Positions 8,723 to 17,905 of a stretch of 64,000 nucleotides of DNA are shown piece after piece (position 1 is the stretch's first letter; every line of letters starts with the position of its first letter). The DNA lies in NCBI GenBank assembly GCA_964625685.1, contig CAZVBO010000003.1:64298-128297 (forward strand), read 5' to 3'. The notes beneath the pieces are model-generated. The model saw only the letters and a list, made by a program, of their open reading frames with translations, was not told the DNA's origin and did no database searches. The position numbers and the translations under genes were made by a program. The stretch is from an uncultured Pseudomonadales bacterium (GTDB taxonomy: Bacteria > Patescibacteriota > Microgenomatia > UBA1400 > PJMF01).

Positions 8723-9769
8723 ATGCCAAAACTACCGTCAAAAAAAGATAACGAAGCAATTGAAGGGGAAATAATATCACCCTCAGAATTAAACGAAATT
8801 TCTAAGCTGGGAAAAGCAATTGGCAGTCAAATAATCCCAGACCTTAAACCCATTATATTTTCTCCTCCTAATCTAAATGATTCCTCCCTGTTTAAAGCTA
8901 TCCAAACTACTTCGTCAATATCGAAAGCCCTATCTCCCACTGTTTTTACTACTGAAATACCAACGAATGATTTGGTAAATAGTCTTAATCTAGGTATAAG
9001 TTTCTACAAAAAATTTGGTGAGGTCATAAGTAACACTATGAAAAAGTGGACTACAATGTTTGATGTAGTCCAGCTGTTGCAAGAGAAACTTGCCAAAATA
9101 GTTGAAGTAATTACAAAGCCACTAATAGATCCATCTTTTTTTAGAATTGTTACACCAGCTATCCATATTGGTCAAAAATATCACGAACAAGATAGTTACA
9201 CAGCTTTACCTCACTCAACTGATAATATTGATAGCTCTCAAAGGTATCTTGAAGAAAGAAGAAGGAAAGAAAACAGGCTACTTGATTTGCAAATTGCTTT
9301 TTATGAAAGGCAGATTGGTTTATCTCAAGGCAGCAAACCTGGTACTGTCAGAATGACACAAGAGGTCAGGCCACTCAGTGCTGTTAATTTAAGCAACCCT
9401 ACGAAAATGTTTCAGTTAAATGAGCCTTCCCAAGTAGTTAATTGGGGAAAGCTATCACTTAATATCAACACAGGTCTATCTACTTTTGGAGAACATACTC
9501 ATCGCTATAAGTTAAATGGACCTCAATTTAAGTTGCTAAAACTTCTTATTGAGAAAAAAGGCTCAGAAGTAAAGTGGAGCGAGTTCTTTGCGGCCGTTCC
9601 GAAACAACTAGAAGATAAAAATGATTTTAATGAAAAAAGAGAATACATCAAGCAAAAAATCAGAGAGATAAGACGATACTATAAGATCAATACTCAGACC
9701 AATCCCGAATCTGAAGTTTTTCTTCCTACAGGAGATGGTTATAAGTTAATCACTCCTATCCACTCCTAA
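8723..9769 (+). CDS. Protein with C-terminal OmpR-like winged-helix domain, putative activator
   Basis: C-terminus QFKLLKLLIEKKGSEV...IKQKIREIRR...TGDGYKL fits a Trans_reg_C-like pattern. Confidence 0.6.
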   Translation: MPKLPSKKDNEAIEGEIISPSELNEISKLGKAIGSQIIPDLKPIIFSPPNLNDSSLFKAIQTTSSISKALSPTVFTTEIPTNDLVNSLNLGISFYKKFGEVISNTMKKWTTMFDVVQLLQEKLAKIVEVITKPLIDPSFFRIVTPAIHIGQKYHEQDSYTALPHSTDNIDSSQRYLEERRRKENRLLDLQIAFYERQIGLSQGSKPGTVRMTQEVRPLSAVNLSNPTKMFQLNEPSQVVNWGKLSLNINTGLSTFGEHTHRYKLNGPQFKLLKLLIEKKGSEVKWSEFFAAVPKQLEDKNDFNEKREYIKQKIREIRRYYKINTQTNPESEVFLPTGDGYKLITPIHS

Positions 9770-9800
9770 CCACTCTTTTCCCCTTTTGACCGCTCCCAGG
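9751..9800 (+). repeat. Five 10-bp phased direct repeats at the 3' end of the wHTH gene
   Basis: CACTCCTATC CACTCCTAAC CACTCTTTTC CCCTTTTGAC CGCTCCCAGG. Confidence 0.7.
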
Positions 9801-9846
9801 TATGCAAAGCTAGACTTGCTCTACTTATTAAATACGTGGAGCACAA

Positions 9847-10020
9847 GTGGAAGACAATAATCTTCAAGCTATAACATCCCTTAGATCCCAACTTGATTCC
9901 AATGAGGAAGAAATTGTTGCAGGATCGTTTCATTCACTCGCAGAGCTCCTCTTGTCTTTTGTCAATAGATTAGAAGAACAAGAAAAAAGAAAGGAGCATT
10001 CAAGTGAAAAACATCAGTGA
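9847..10020 (+). CDS. Small hypothetical protein (57 aa, below the track cutoff)
   Basis: GGAG RBS, GTG start, MEDNNLQAITSLRSQLDSNEEEIVAGSFHSLAELLL...; overlaps the next gene. Confidence 0.5.
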   Translation: MEDNNLQAITSLRSQLDSNEEEIVAGSFHSLAELLLSFVNRLEEQEKRKEHSSEKHQ

Positions 10021-10291
10021 AATTGAGCTCATCCCTATAAGAGCCATAAATGGCCTTACTTTCTTCGCAAACTTTGTAATTGACCATGATTTTTATGTAG
10101 GCAATGTTGCCGTTTTTACAAAAAGAGACGGAACAGGTTTCCGCTGTGTTTACCCAACCAAAAAACTAAAAAATGGTTCTGAGGTTCCTATTTTTTACCC
10201 AATCAACTATGAAGTTGGACAACAAATTGAAGAAGCAATAACACAAAAAGCATATGAGCTCCTTATGCCAGAGGAAGGAGAGCTTATGTAA
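10004..10291 (+). CDS. SpoVG-like nucleic-acid-binding protein
   Basis: ISEIELIP...GLTFFANFVID...VYPTKK...FYPIN...IEEAI pattern; AAGGAG RBS. Confidence 0.7.
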   Translation: MKNISEIELIPIRAINGLTFFANFVIDHDFYVGNVAVFTKRDGTGFRCVYPTKKLKNGSEVPIFYPINYEVGQQIEEAITQKAYELLMPEEGELM

Positions 10292-10339
10292 AAAATATTT
10301 TCAACCCAATCTTAGTTACAAATTACACAAAGGAAAAAT

Positions 10340-10726
10340 ATGTCATCAAAAAACATGACCCTAACCGTAAAAACAACCAGTGCTCCTGAGCCAATACCAA
10401 CAGGCGTATATCAGGCAAAGCTATCAGATCTTGAAAAGAGCGAAGGTGACTTTGGTCCCTACCTCAAACTCACGTTTCTCATTACTGACGGTGAGCACAA
10501 GGATACCGAGAGGACCACCATCGCCAGTATGAAACTCAGCACAGGTGCTAAGAATACCAAGCTCTACGATATCGTAGCCGCACTCATGGGTAAGTCACCT
10601 GAAACAAGTACTGAGATTGACCTGGGTGCTTTGGTAGGTAAACCCTGCCAGATACTGGTCAAAGATAAGCCTGGTGATAAAGATGGCTGGCAAATTATTT
10701 CAGAAGTAATGCCAGCAAGTAAATAA
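10340..10726 (+). CDS. DUF669-like phage SSB-type protein
   Basis: PIPTGVYQA...YLKLTF.I.DGE...LVGKPCQILV pattern. Confidence 0.65.
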   Translation: MSSKNMTLTVKTTSAPEPIPTGVYQAKLSDLEKSEGDFGPYLKLTFLITDGEHKDTERTTIASMKLSTGAKNTKLYDIVAALMGKSPETSTEIDLGALVGKPCQILVKDKPGDKDGWQIISEVMPASK

Positions 10727-10777
10727 AACGAAAGCAGGAGGGTGTGTCCGACTGGATGCACCCTCCCACAGATTGAT

Positions 10778-13087
10778 ATGTCTACTATAACAAACCGCAT
10801 ACCAGCAAACAATCAAGAATGGAGAGAACTTGGTGAGTACTACTTGAATCTTGGTTGGTCTATTATTCCAGTCACAAGTGACAAGAAACCGTTGATTAAG
10901 TGGAAGGAATTTCAAACCAAGCAACCAGCTACAGAACAAGTTGGTGAATGGGCTTCCAGCTCAAAGATAGCTGGCTATGCCCTCGTCACAGGCTCGATCT
11001 CTGGTGTTGTAGTTCTTGACCTTGATGAGGGTTCTGAATTTGACACCTCTACTTTACCTACTACGCCTTTCTCCCAAACTGGTTCTGGTGGCCGACACTA
11101 TTTCTTCAAATCACCTGATAAGACTATTAAAAATGCCGCTGGTTTTGTCAAAAACACTGACTTTCGAGGTGAAGGTGGCTATGCCATCTTGCCACCCAGC
11201 AAACATCCCTCTGGGAATCAATACTTTTGGCTGAGCAATCCAGAAGATACCGAATTGGCTGAAATGCCTGGGAGTCTTATCGACTCAATCAATGGTAACC
11301 AACAGTTAAAACTTAGCGTAAAAAGCGATGAAAATGTCTTTGAAGGTGTAGAAAAGTCTACACGTAATCACTCGGCTACTCAGGTAGCAGGATCGCTTCT
11401 CAGTCGTTACCCAAAAGACGAATGGGAAGCAGTCGTTTGGCCTCTGCTACAAGGTTGGAATACACAAAACAAACCACCTCTTTCAGCAACCGAGCTGAGA
11501 GCTGTATTTGACTCGATAGCCGAGCGTGAAGAAGGTCAGCCAGAACAAGATGAGGGAGGCTCCAATCGTCCCAGCCAAGCCAAACTGTTAGTTGAGATGG
11601 TCCTGGGCAGTAGTATCAAGCTTTTTACTAATCAGTTCCACGAGCCAGTCCTCACTTCACTTGAGACTGGATTCTTAACCTTCAAAATTAGTTCTTCCGC
11701 TACAAAACAGCTTCTCTTCAAGATGTTTTGGGATAGTGAAGGCAAACCACCTAGCTCCGAAGCTGTGAGCAATGCTATTACTACTCTCCAAGGCATTGCA
11801 ACCTATGACCGAGATAAAATCACTGTCTTCAATCGTGTCGGTAGACATAAAAACACAATCTACTATGACATTGGCGATGGCACTCATGTAATAGCTATCG
11901 ACAAAGACGGCTGGAGCATTGACAGTAGCTGCCCTGTCTACTTCAACCGTTTCTCTCACCAAAAACCACAAGTATTGCCCAAGCGTGGTGGCAATCTGGA
12001 AGAAATTCTTGCTTTCATGAACGTGCAGGACCAACAGCAAAAGTTACTAATCTTGACCTTCTTGGTTGTTAGCTTAATTCCAGATATCCCACGAGCCATG
12101 CTGGTACTTCATGGCGATCAGGGTTCGGCAAAATCAAGTCTGCTACGTATTCTCAGAGAAATGATTGATCCCAGCCAAGTGCCACTTCTCACTCCACCTG
12201 ACTCTATTCGTGAGTTGGTTCAGTTTGCCAGCCATCACTATGCCGTCTTTTTGGACAACCTCTCAACCTTGTCTGTTTCATTATCTGATGCCCTCTGCCG
12301 TTTGATAACTGGTGATGGTTTTACTAAAAGACAACTTTTTACTGATGATGAGGACGTACTCTATGCCTACAAGCGAGTGGCTGGCCTTTGTGGTATCAAC
12401 CAAGTCGCAACAAAAGCTGACCTGCTAGATCGTAGCATCATTGTGCCTTTAGAGCGAATATCTGACGGGGATAGACGTGAAGAAAAAAATCTGTGGCATC
12501 GTTTCAAAACAGACAAATCTCTTATTCTTGGAGCCTTATTTGATGCCGTAGCCGCTACTCTCCACACTGTACACGATATTGAACTTACTACCAAACCTCG
12601 CATGGCAGATTACTTCAAGTATGCCACAGCTGCAGCAATCCACTTGGGATATACCGAGCAAGATCTCTCTGATGCCTTCAATCAAAACGTCAAACAACAA
12701 AATGAAGAAGCCATCGACTCTTCACCTGTTGCTCAAACCATTATGGAGTTCATGAGGAACAAATCAAACCAAGAGCTACGCAGTTCAGATCTTTACAAAG
12801 AACTTTTTGAGATAGCTGAGAACCTCAAAATCAAACAGGGTTTTCCCAAATCACCCACTTGGCTGTGGCGGAAAATCAAAGATGTCCGACCTAATTTGAT
12901 GGCCTATGGCCTCAATGTCACCAAAGAAAAAATGGAGGATGGTACTTACATAAGAATCATAAAAACTGCCACCACTGCTTCCAGCACCTCTACATCAAAC
13001 AACTCTGGTCCTGAAAGCACTGGCAACACTGACAACAAAACCGTAGAAAACATGACCGAGGAGGAGATCGAGGAGGCACTCTTCTAA
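10778..13087 (+). CDS. Bifunctional primase-polymerase with PriCT domain and ATPase/helicase
   Basis: GWSIIPV...KKP, VLDLD, TGSGGRHYFF, DFRGEGGY..LPPSKH; RNHS...WN..NKPPL (PriCT); Walker A GDQGSAKS and LDN. Confidence 0.92.
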   Translation: MSTITNRIPANNQEWRELGEYYLNLGWSIIPVTSDKKPLIKWKEFQTKQPATEQVGEWASSSKIAGYALVTGSISGVVVLDLDEGSEFDTSTLPTTPFSQTGSGGRHYFFKSPDKTIKNAAGFVKNTDFRGEGGYAILPPSKHPSGNQYFWLSNPEDTELAEMPGSLIDSINGNQQLKLSVKSDENVFEGVEKSTRNHSATQVAGSLLSRYPKDEWEAVVWPLLQGWNTQNKPPLSATELRAVFDSIAEREEGQPEQDEGGSNRPSQAKLLVEMVLGSSIKLFTNQFHEPVLTSLETGFLTFKISSSATKQLLFKMFWDSEGKPPSSEAVSNAITTLQGIATYDRDKITVFNRVGRHKNTIYYDIGDGTHVIAIDKDGWSIDSSCPVYFNRFSHQKPQVLPKRGGNLEEILAFMNVQDQQQKLLILTFLVVSLIPDIPRAMLVLHGDQGSAKSSLLRILREMIDPSQVPLLTPPDSIRELVQFASHHYAVFLDNLSTLSVSLSDALCRLITGDGFTKRQLFTDDEDVLYAYKRVAGLCGINQVATKADLLDRSIIVPLERISDGDRREEKNLWHRFKTDKSLILGALFDAVAATLHTVHDIELTTKPRMADYFKYATAAAIHLGYTEQDLSDAFNQNVKQQNEEAIDSSPVAQTIMEFMRNKSNQELRSSDLYKELFEIAENLKIKQGFPKSPTWLWRKIKDVRPNLMAYGLNVTKEKMEDGTYIRIIKTATTASSTSTSNNSGPESTGNTDNKTVENMTEEEIEEALF
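12967..13040. repeat. Iteron-like origin candidate inside the 3' end of the primase gene
   Basis: TGCCACCAC-TGCTTCCAG-CACC...TGGCAACAC-TGACAACAAAA. Confidence 0.55.
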
Positions 13088-13132
13088 TCTCCCCTCTACC
13101 CATAACTGTTACTAATAAACCAGGAGAAAACT

Positions 13133-13516
13133 ATGCAATGCACTTATATCAAAGCTAATAATCAACCTTGTAAGGCTCATGCCATGAAAGGAAGTGAGTT
13201 CTGTTTTACTCACAATCCCGAAACTCGTGATGAACACGCCCAAGCTGTAGTGCTTGGTGGACTCAACTCATCCAGAAAAGACAGCGTTGAGTTGCCTGCA
13301 ATTGATGTCCGTCAGCCTGATGGTGTGGTCCAGTTACTGGAAGAAACAATCAATGGCGTTCGTGATGGCAGTATCCCACCCAAAGTTGCCAGTACTGTTG
13401 GTTACTTGGCTGGACACTTACTAAAAGCCATTGAATCAGCAGATCTCGATAAACGATTAGAGGTGATTGAACGAGTGATTTTGGAACGCAAATCCATAAT
13501 GAAAGGTTCCAAATGA
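13133..13516 (+). CDS. Protein with N-terminal Cys/His zinc-finger-like motif (satellite-associated)
   Basis: MQC...PCKAHA...FCFTHNP followed by a helical domain. Confidence 0.6.
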   Translation: MQCTYIKANNQPCKAHAMKGSEFCFTHNPETRDEHAQAVVLGGLNSSRKDSVELPAIDVRQPDGVVQLLEETINGVRDGSIPPKVASTVGYLAGHLLKAIESADLDKRLEVIERVILERKSIMKGSK

Positions 13517-15021
13517 AAAACTTCTCTATCCAAGCTCTAGCTGGTGTCTTAACGGCAAAAGAACGAGCCAAAATCATTGCAGAATACATCGTCAAAGGTG
13601 ATGAGACTGGTGAAGATTTAGGCCATGAAATCAACAAGATAAAGATGAATATGAGCAATAATCAAATAACCGAATTCAACTTCTACATGGATATGATCCA
13701 AACCGTTCATGTGGTCATGGAAGCCGACTTTCAGACCATGTATTTACGCTTTTTTCTTTATTCTCAGCAACTCGAAAAAATATATCAGCAGTGGTCGATG
13801 AGTATCTACAGCCACTTCACTCGCCGAGATCTGAACTGGTTACCTAAAATTGTCACTCCACAAGGTTACCAAGAATTGTACGAAGAACAAAAAGCCCAAG
13901 AATTATCAGCTGTTTTCTCTCTAGAAACTTTGGCTGAACACGAGGCACTCGCCAAACTCCAGTCAGAAGGTTGGTGGAAAGACACCGATCTATTTATGGT
14001 CCACAAACAGCTGGTAGCTGATGCCAATAAAACCGAGGACCAACTGATTGATGAGTATCTTGACCATGTTGAAGAGCGATTAGCTGCTTATCTCGAATAC
14101 AAAGATAAGAAAAATGCCTTTCTACACCTTTATCAGGAATATGCAGAGTATGAAGGCAAAAGTCGTGACGAAATGAGAGAAATGGTGACAGCCAAGTATG
14201 ACTTTACTCCCACCGATCCAGCTGACACTCAAAAATGGCTTGGTGAGATTGAAAATCAAAAACAACGACTGCAAAAGCTGATTGACAATGGAGTGCTTGA
14301 AGCCGCCATAGTCGGCAATGAATTTGGTTTTTACGGGACCTCAGAGGATAAGGGCAAACCAGGAATCACAGCTACCAGTTGGTATAACTACTCAAAAAAG
14401 TACGATATAGGCTTCAACGATTTTGTTGATGATGTCGATAACCTCATTTACTTTTGCCACAACGATGTAGCTATTATTCAGACCAAACAGAGTCAAGAAA
14501 AGAAAACTGGTGAGCTTACTGCCAATATCATTAAGAAACGAATGCTTGAACACCTTGACCACTTCAACGCAATTACTTACGAACCAATAAGTGGTGATAA
14601 AAAATTGCACCTAGAAGCCAAGACCTTGGAACAAATTAAGCAGTTGCTTTTCTCAATATCAGTAATCAAATTAAGACTCCTTGCCTATATTAGAGTGATT
14701 GAAGCAGTTGAGAACTTTTACTTTGATGGTACTCAGATTGTGTCTCGTAAGACCTGGTATGCCAAAGCCGCTCAAGAGCACTATGATTTTATGCTCCAAC
14801 AACATCAGCAGTACGTTGATTTTGTCTACAACTATTTTGGCAACTTTACTATTGGCTCAGAGGACCCTATTTTTGACTGCCATGATGACATTCAATTCGC
14901 AGAACCAACCGAGGAAGAAATTCAAAAAGTCACTAAGGAGCAGATGAGCTTCATGTTAGAAAAGGCTACTAAAGATAGTCATTTTCGCCCATCACGAACT
15001 CCATTTGACGAAAGAGTATGA
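13513..15021 (+). CDS. Hypothetical protein
   Basis: 502-aa ORF, ATGA-coupled to the upstream gene. Confidence 0.7.
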   Translation: MKNFSIQALAGVLTAKERAKIIAEYIVKGDETGEDLGHEINKIKMNMSNNQITEFNFYMDMIQTVHVVMEADFQTMYLRFFLYSQQLEKIYQQWSMSIYSHFTRRDLNWLPKIVTPQGYQELYEEQKAQELSAVFSLETLAEHEALAKLQSEGWWKDTDLFMVHKQLVADANKTEDQLIDEYLDHVEERLAAYLEYKDKKNAFLHLYQEYAEYEGKSRDEMREMVTAKYDFTPTDPADTQKWLGEIENQKQRLQKLIDNGVLEAAIVGNEFGFYGTSEDKGKPGITATSWYNYSKKYDIGFNDFVDDVDNLIYFCHNDVAIIQTKQSQEKKTGELTANIIKKRMLEHLDHFNAITYEPISGDKKLHLEAKTLEQIKQLLFSISVIKLRLLAYIRVIEAVENFYFDGTQIVSRKTWYAKAAQEHYDFMLQQHQQYVDFVYNYFGNFTIGSEDPIFDCHDDIQFAEPTEEEIQKVTKEQMSFMLEKATKDSHFRPSRTPFDERV

Positions 15022-15144
15022 AATCAGAGAAAATAGCTATGCACTCAACAATCAGCGATAGAACTTTTTTAATGGCCGTCTTGGACAACCGAAGTTCTTT
15101 CGCGTTGAGTGCACCAGGGCGGCCATTTAAGTATAAGGATGAAT

Positions 15145-16773
15145 ATGTATCAAAGCACAGACACCTCACAGTTTGACCACGTTAAGAACTGTCTCATTTA
15201 CGCTCGTGTTAGCACTAGCCGCCAAGTTGAGGAAGGTCACTCACTTGAAGATCAAATTGAACGCCTAACTAAATTTGCTAAAGACCGTGAATGGCGAATC
15301 CTCGAAGCGTTCAAAGACGGCGGAAAAAGTGGTGGTTCAACATCAGGACGAGCTGAATTCAATCGTATGCTGGAACGTTGTGCTGATGATCCTGACGTTC
15401 ATGCAGTTTTACTCGAAGAAACTGATCGCTTTGCTCGTAATGCTCAAGACCACTTGGCCGTCAAATCATTTCTCAAAAAACATAACGTGGTCCTGATTGC
15501 TACCCAGCAGCCTAACTTTGGTGATGACCCTGTGGGCAACTTTGTTGACCTCATTATGGCTGGAGCCAATCAGCTGCAAAGAGAAATAACTGGTGTTAAG
15601 ACTAAACGTACTATGGTTGGTTTGGCAGAAAAAGGATTACAACCAGGTGGGGCTGTTCTTGGCTATCTCAACTCATATGAGAAAGGTGTGCCCTGGAAAA
15701 TAGATAAAGAGCGAGTGTACTATGTAAAAGAAGCCTTCCGCCGATATAACACTGGTAACTACTCTATCCATACCCTTGGCGATGAAATTTATGCAGAAGG
15801 CTTTCGTACTCGAAATGGCAAACGTGTTCATTCAAGCAACATTCAAAAAATCCTAACCGATGTTCGTTATCTTGGTTGGGTCAAGTACGATGGCAAAATC
15901 TATAAAAATGGCCAGCACCCTCAACTTATCAATATCACGGAATTTAAAAAAGCGGAGGCAATTATGAAAAAACACAACAAAGGAGCAAATAGGTCACGAA
16001 AGCACAACTGGTTTTTGGCAGGGTTAGTCTACTGCCAACACTGTGGCTCATTGATGTCTGGTGAGAAGCATGAAAAAAGCACTGGCAAAATCTACAAGTA
16101 CTATCGCTGTATGGGACCTAAAAATCATGGTCATACTTGCAACGAACCCTATGCCAACATCGAGAAGGTCCATGACCAACTGTACAAATGGATCACTGGC
16201 TTGGAATTCACCGACACCTTTTTTGATGGCCTTCGCCAAGAGCTAATGTCTCTCATGGAAAACCAAGGCGATACTGTAAAAGACAGACTCGACACTCTCC
16301 AAAAGCGTAAAGAATCAATAGAAAAGAAAATGGATAAGCTGGAAGATCAAATGCTTTCAGAGGTTATTCCACAGGATAGAATCGAGAAAAAGTACAAACC
16401 CTTGCGAGATGAGCTAACAGCCGTTGAAGCCAAAATCGAGAAACTCAATATGCCTTCAAATAATATGGATGAGGAAAAGATCGAAACAATTATCAAGTTC
16501 ATGAAACGCTTGCCAGAACTTTATGATGCCTTCAACAAAAAAGAACGTAAACAATTTCTTAAGTGGTTCACCACAAAGATCATGATAAAGGATAAGAAAA
16601 TTGTTGATATTGCCTATACACCAGGCTTTCAAGCCATGGTTGATAGAGACATCGTTCGGATAAGCGAAACGTGGCTCGAGAAATGGTATGAATTCGGAAA
16701 AATTGATTGGGTCAGCGAGCTGGAATATCCGGAGTGGACGGTAAAGGAAGTGGGGAGGTTCTTACAATATTGA
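15145..16773 (+). CDS. Large serine recombinase 1
   Basis: YARVSTSRQ, DRFARN, recombinase domain, Zn ribbon CQHCG...YRC...C, coiled coil; AAGGA RBS. Confidence 0.96.
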   Translation: MYQSTDTSQFDHVKNCLIYARVSTSRQVEEGHSLEDQIERLTKFAKDREWRILEAFKDGGKSGGSTSGRAEFNRMLERCADDPDVHAVLLEETDRFARNAQDHLAVKSFLKKHNVVLIATQQPNFGDDPVGNFVDLIMAGANQLQREITGVKTKRTMVGLAEKGLQPGGAVLGYLNSYEKGVPWKIDKERVYYVKEAFRRYNTGNYSIHTLGDEIYAEGFRTRNGKRVHSSNIQKILTDVRYLGWVKYDGKIYKNGQHPQLINITEFKKAEAIMKKHNKGANRSRKHNWFLAGLVYCQHCGSLMSGEKHEKSTGKIYKYYRCMGPKNHGHTCNEPYANIEKVHDQLYKWITGLEFTDTFFDGLRQELMSLMENQGDTVKDRLDTLQKRKESIEKKMDKLEDQMLSEVIPQDRIEKKYKPLRDELTAVEAKIEKLNMPSNNMDEEKIETIIKFMKRLPELYDAFNKKERKQFLKWFTTKIMIKDKKIVDIAYTPGFQAMVDRDIVRISETWLEKWYEFGKIDWVSELEYPEWTVKEVGRFLQY

Positions 16774-16786
16774 GAGGAAGGAGATG

Positions 16787-17902
16787 TCAATTGAACTTCT
16801 TAGAGTTCTTCTTATTTATTGGGGTAATCGCACCAAGTGAAGATTCTTCATCGGGAGTAGATACATTTCTATAAAACTTCTTCGCTTCTGAATTAAATTT
16901 TTCTACCATATTTCTCATCCTTGAGTTCTCGGCAACCTTACCTTTAATTTCAATTACACGAGCATTTTCTAGGAACCTAGTCATCTGATCCAGCTTAGAA
17001 AAGAATGAGTCAGCCGTTTCCGGCCTATCTCGAGCAACAACTTCCTTTGCTGCTGGGATAGCCTCTTCAGGAGATTCATCAAGAAATACCTTTCTCGCAG
17101 GTTTACACCTCAAAATATCAGCTAAGTCTTTCCTCACGTCATAAGCAGCTGAACGAACTCTCCCAGCTAATACCCATTTAATAAACTTTTCATCAGTTAA
17201 TAAATCTGGACTTTCTTTCTTGATTTTTTGCAAATCGGCACTGCGACAATATTCATAAAAGATGCTAAATTTTTTAATCTCAGCCTCTTTATCATCAATC
17301 TTGGAAATATTGGGGAGATACCTATCTCGCATTAACTCATAGGCGGCAATTTGGGTCCGTAAGGAACTAACATTCATTCCAACTATTTGGGAGATTTCCT
17401 GAAGACTCATCCCATTCTCATCGCTCATTTTATAAATATAGCTAGCTTTTTCGTATGGATCCCATTGTGTTTTCCCCTCAATATGAAGTTTTCCCAACAG
17501 TAAAAAGAGATCTCTAACGTCTATTTCTTGAAGCAGCCTTTTTGCCCGAATCTTTCTCCATTTGTTCTTTTGTCCTTCCGGAGCATTCTTATACAAGTGC
17601 CTATAAGCACAAAGCCTTGTATTACCCTCAACAGCTTGTCCATTTAGCACTAATATTTCTTCAAGTAGCCCTCCATTTATTCTTATGTCTTCAGCTAAGT
17701 CTTTTGTTGAGTCCAACGCCCATAAACTCTTTTCAATAAGATCTTGTCCAAGGTCTTTGCCGTATTTACTTAAAACATAGTTTATTCTTGGATTTTCCGG
17801 ATAATAATCGAGTTGGAAGATATCTATTTCCTCAGTACTAACTGGGATCTTTTTATTCCCTATCGTCATGAAAGAAGTGGCTTGTTTATCTGGCATATCC
17901 AT
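16787..17902 (-). CDS. ParB/Srx-N domain protein
   Basis: ENPRI, GLLEEILV, VEGNTRL, WDPYEKA motifs. Confidence 0.82.
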   Translation of the reverse strand: MDMPDKQATSFMTIGNKKIPVSTEEIDIFQLDYYPENPRINYVLSKYGKDLGQDLIEKSLWALDSTKDLAEDIRINGGLLEEILVLNGQAVEGNTRLCAYRHLYKNAPEGQKNKWRKIRAKRLLQEIDVRDLFLLLGKLHIEGKTQWDPYEKASYIYKMSDENGMSLQEISQIVGMNVSSLRTQIAAYELMRDRYLPNISKIDDKEAEIKKFSIFYEYCRSADLQKIKKESPDLLTDEKFIKWVLAGRVRSAAYDVRKDLADILRCKPARKVFLDESPEEAIPAAKEVVARDRPETADSFFSKLDQMTRFLENARVIEIKGKVAENSRMRNMVEKFNSEAKKFYRNVSTPDEESSLGAITPINKKNSKKFN

Positions 17903-17905
17903 ATT

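Larger units (their letters stand above)
6187..16677. mobile_element. Integrative element 1 (satellite/IME-like: Prim-Pol-helicase, LSR, CBASS and Ltp cargo); left end not resolved
   Basis: Replication and integration genes without capsid, tail or conjugation genes; right junction inferred at TGGCTC 16672-16677. Confidence 0.75.

Noticed and set aside
6187-16773. Complete prophage
   Set aside because: No capsid, portal, large terminase, tail or lysis genes.
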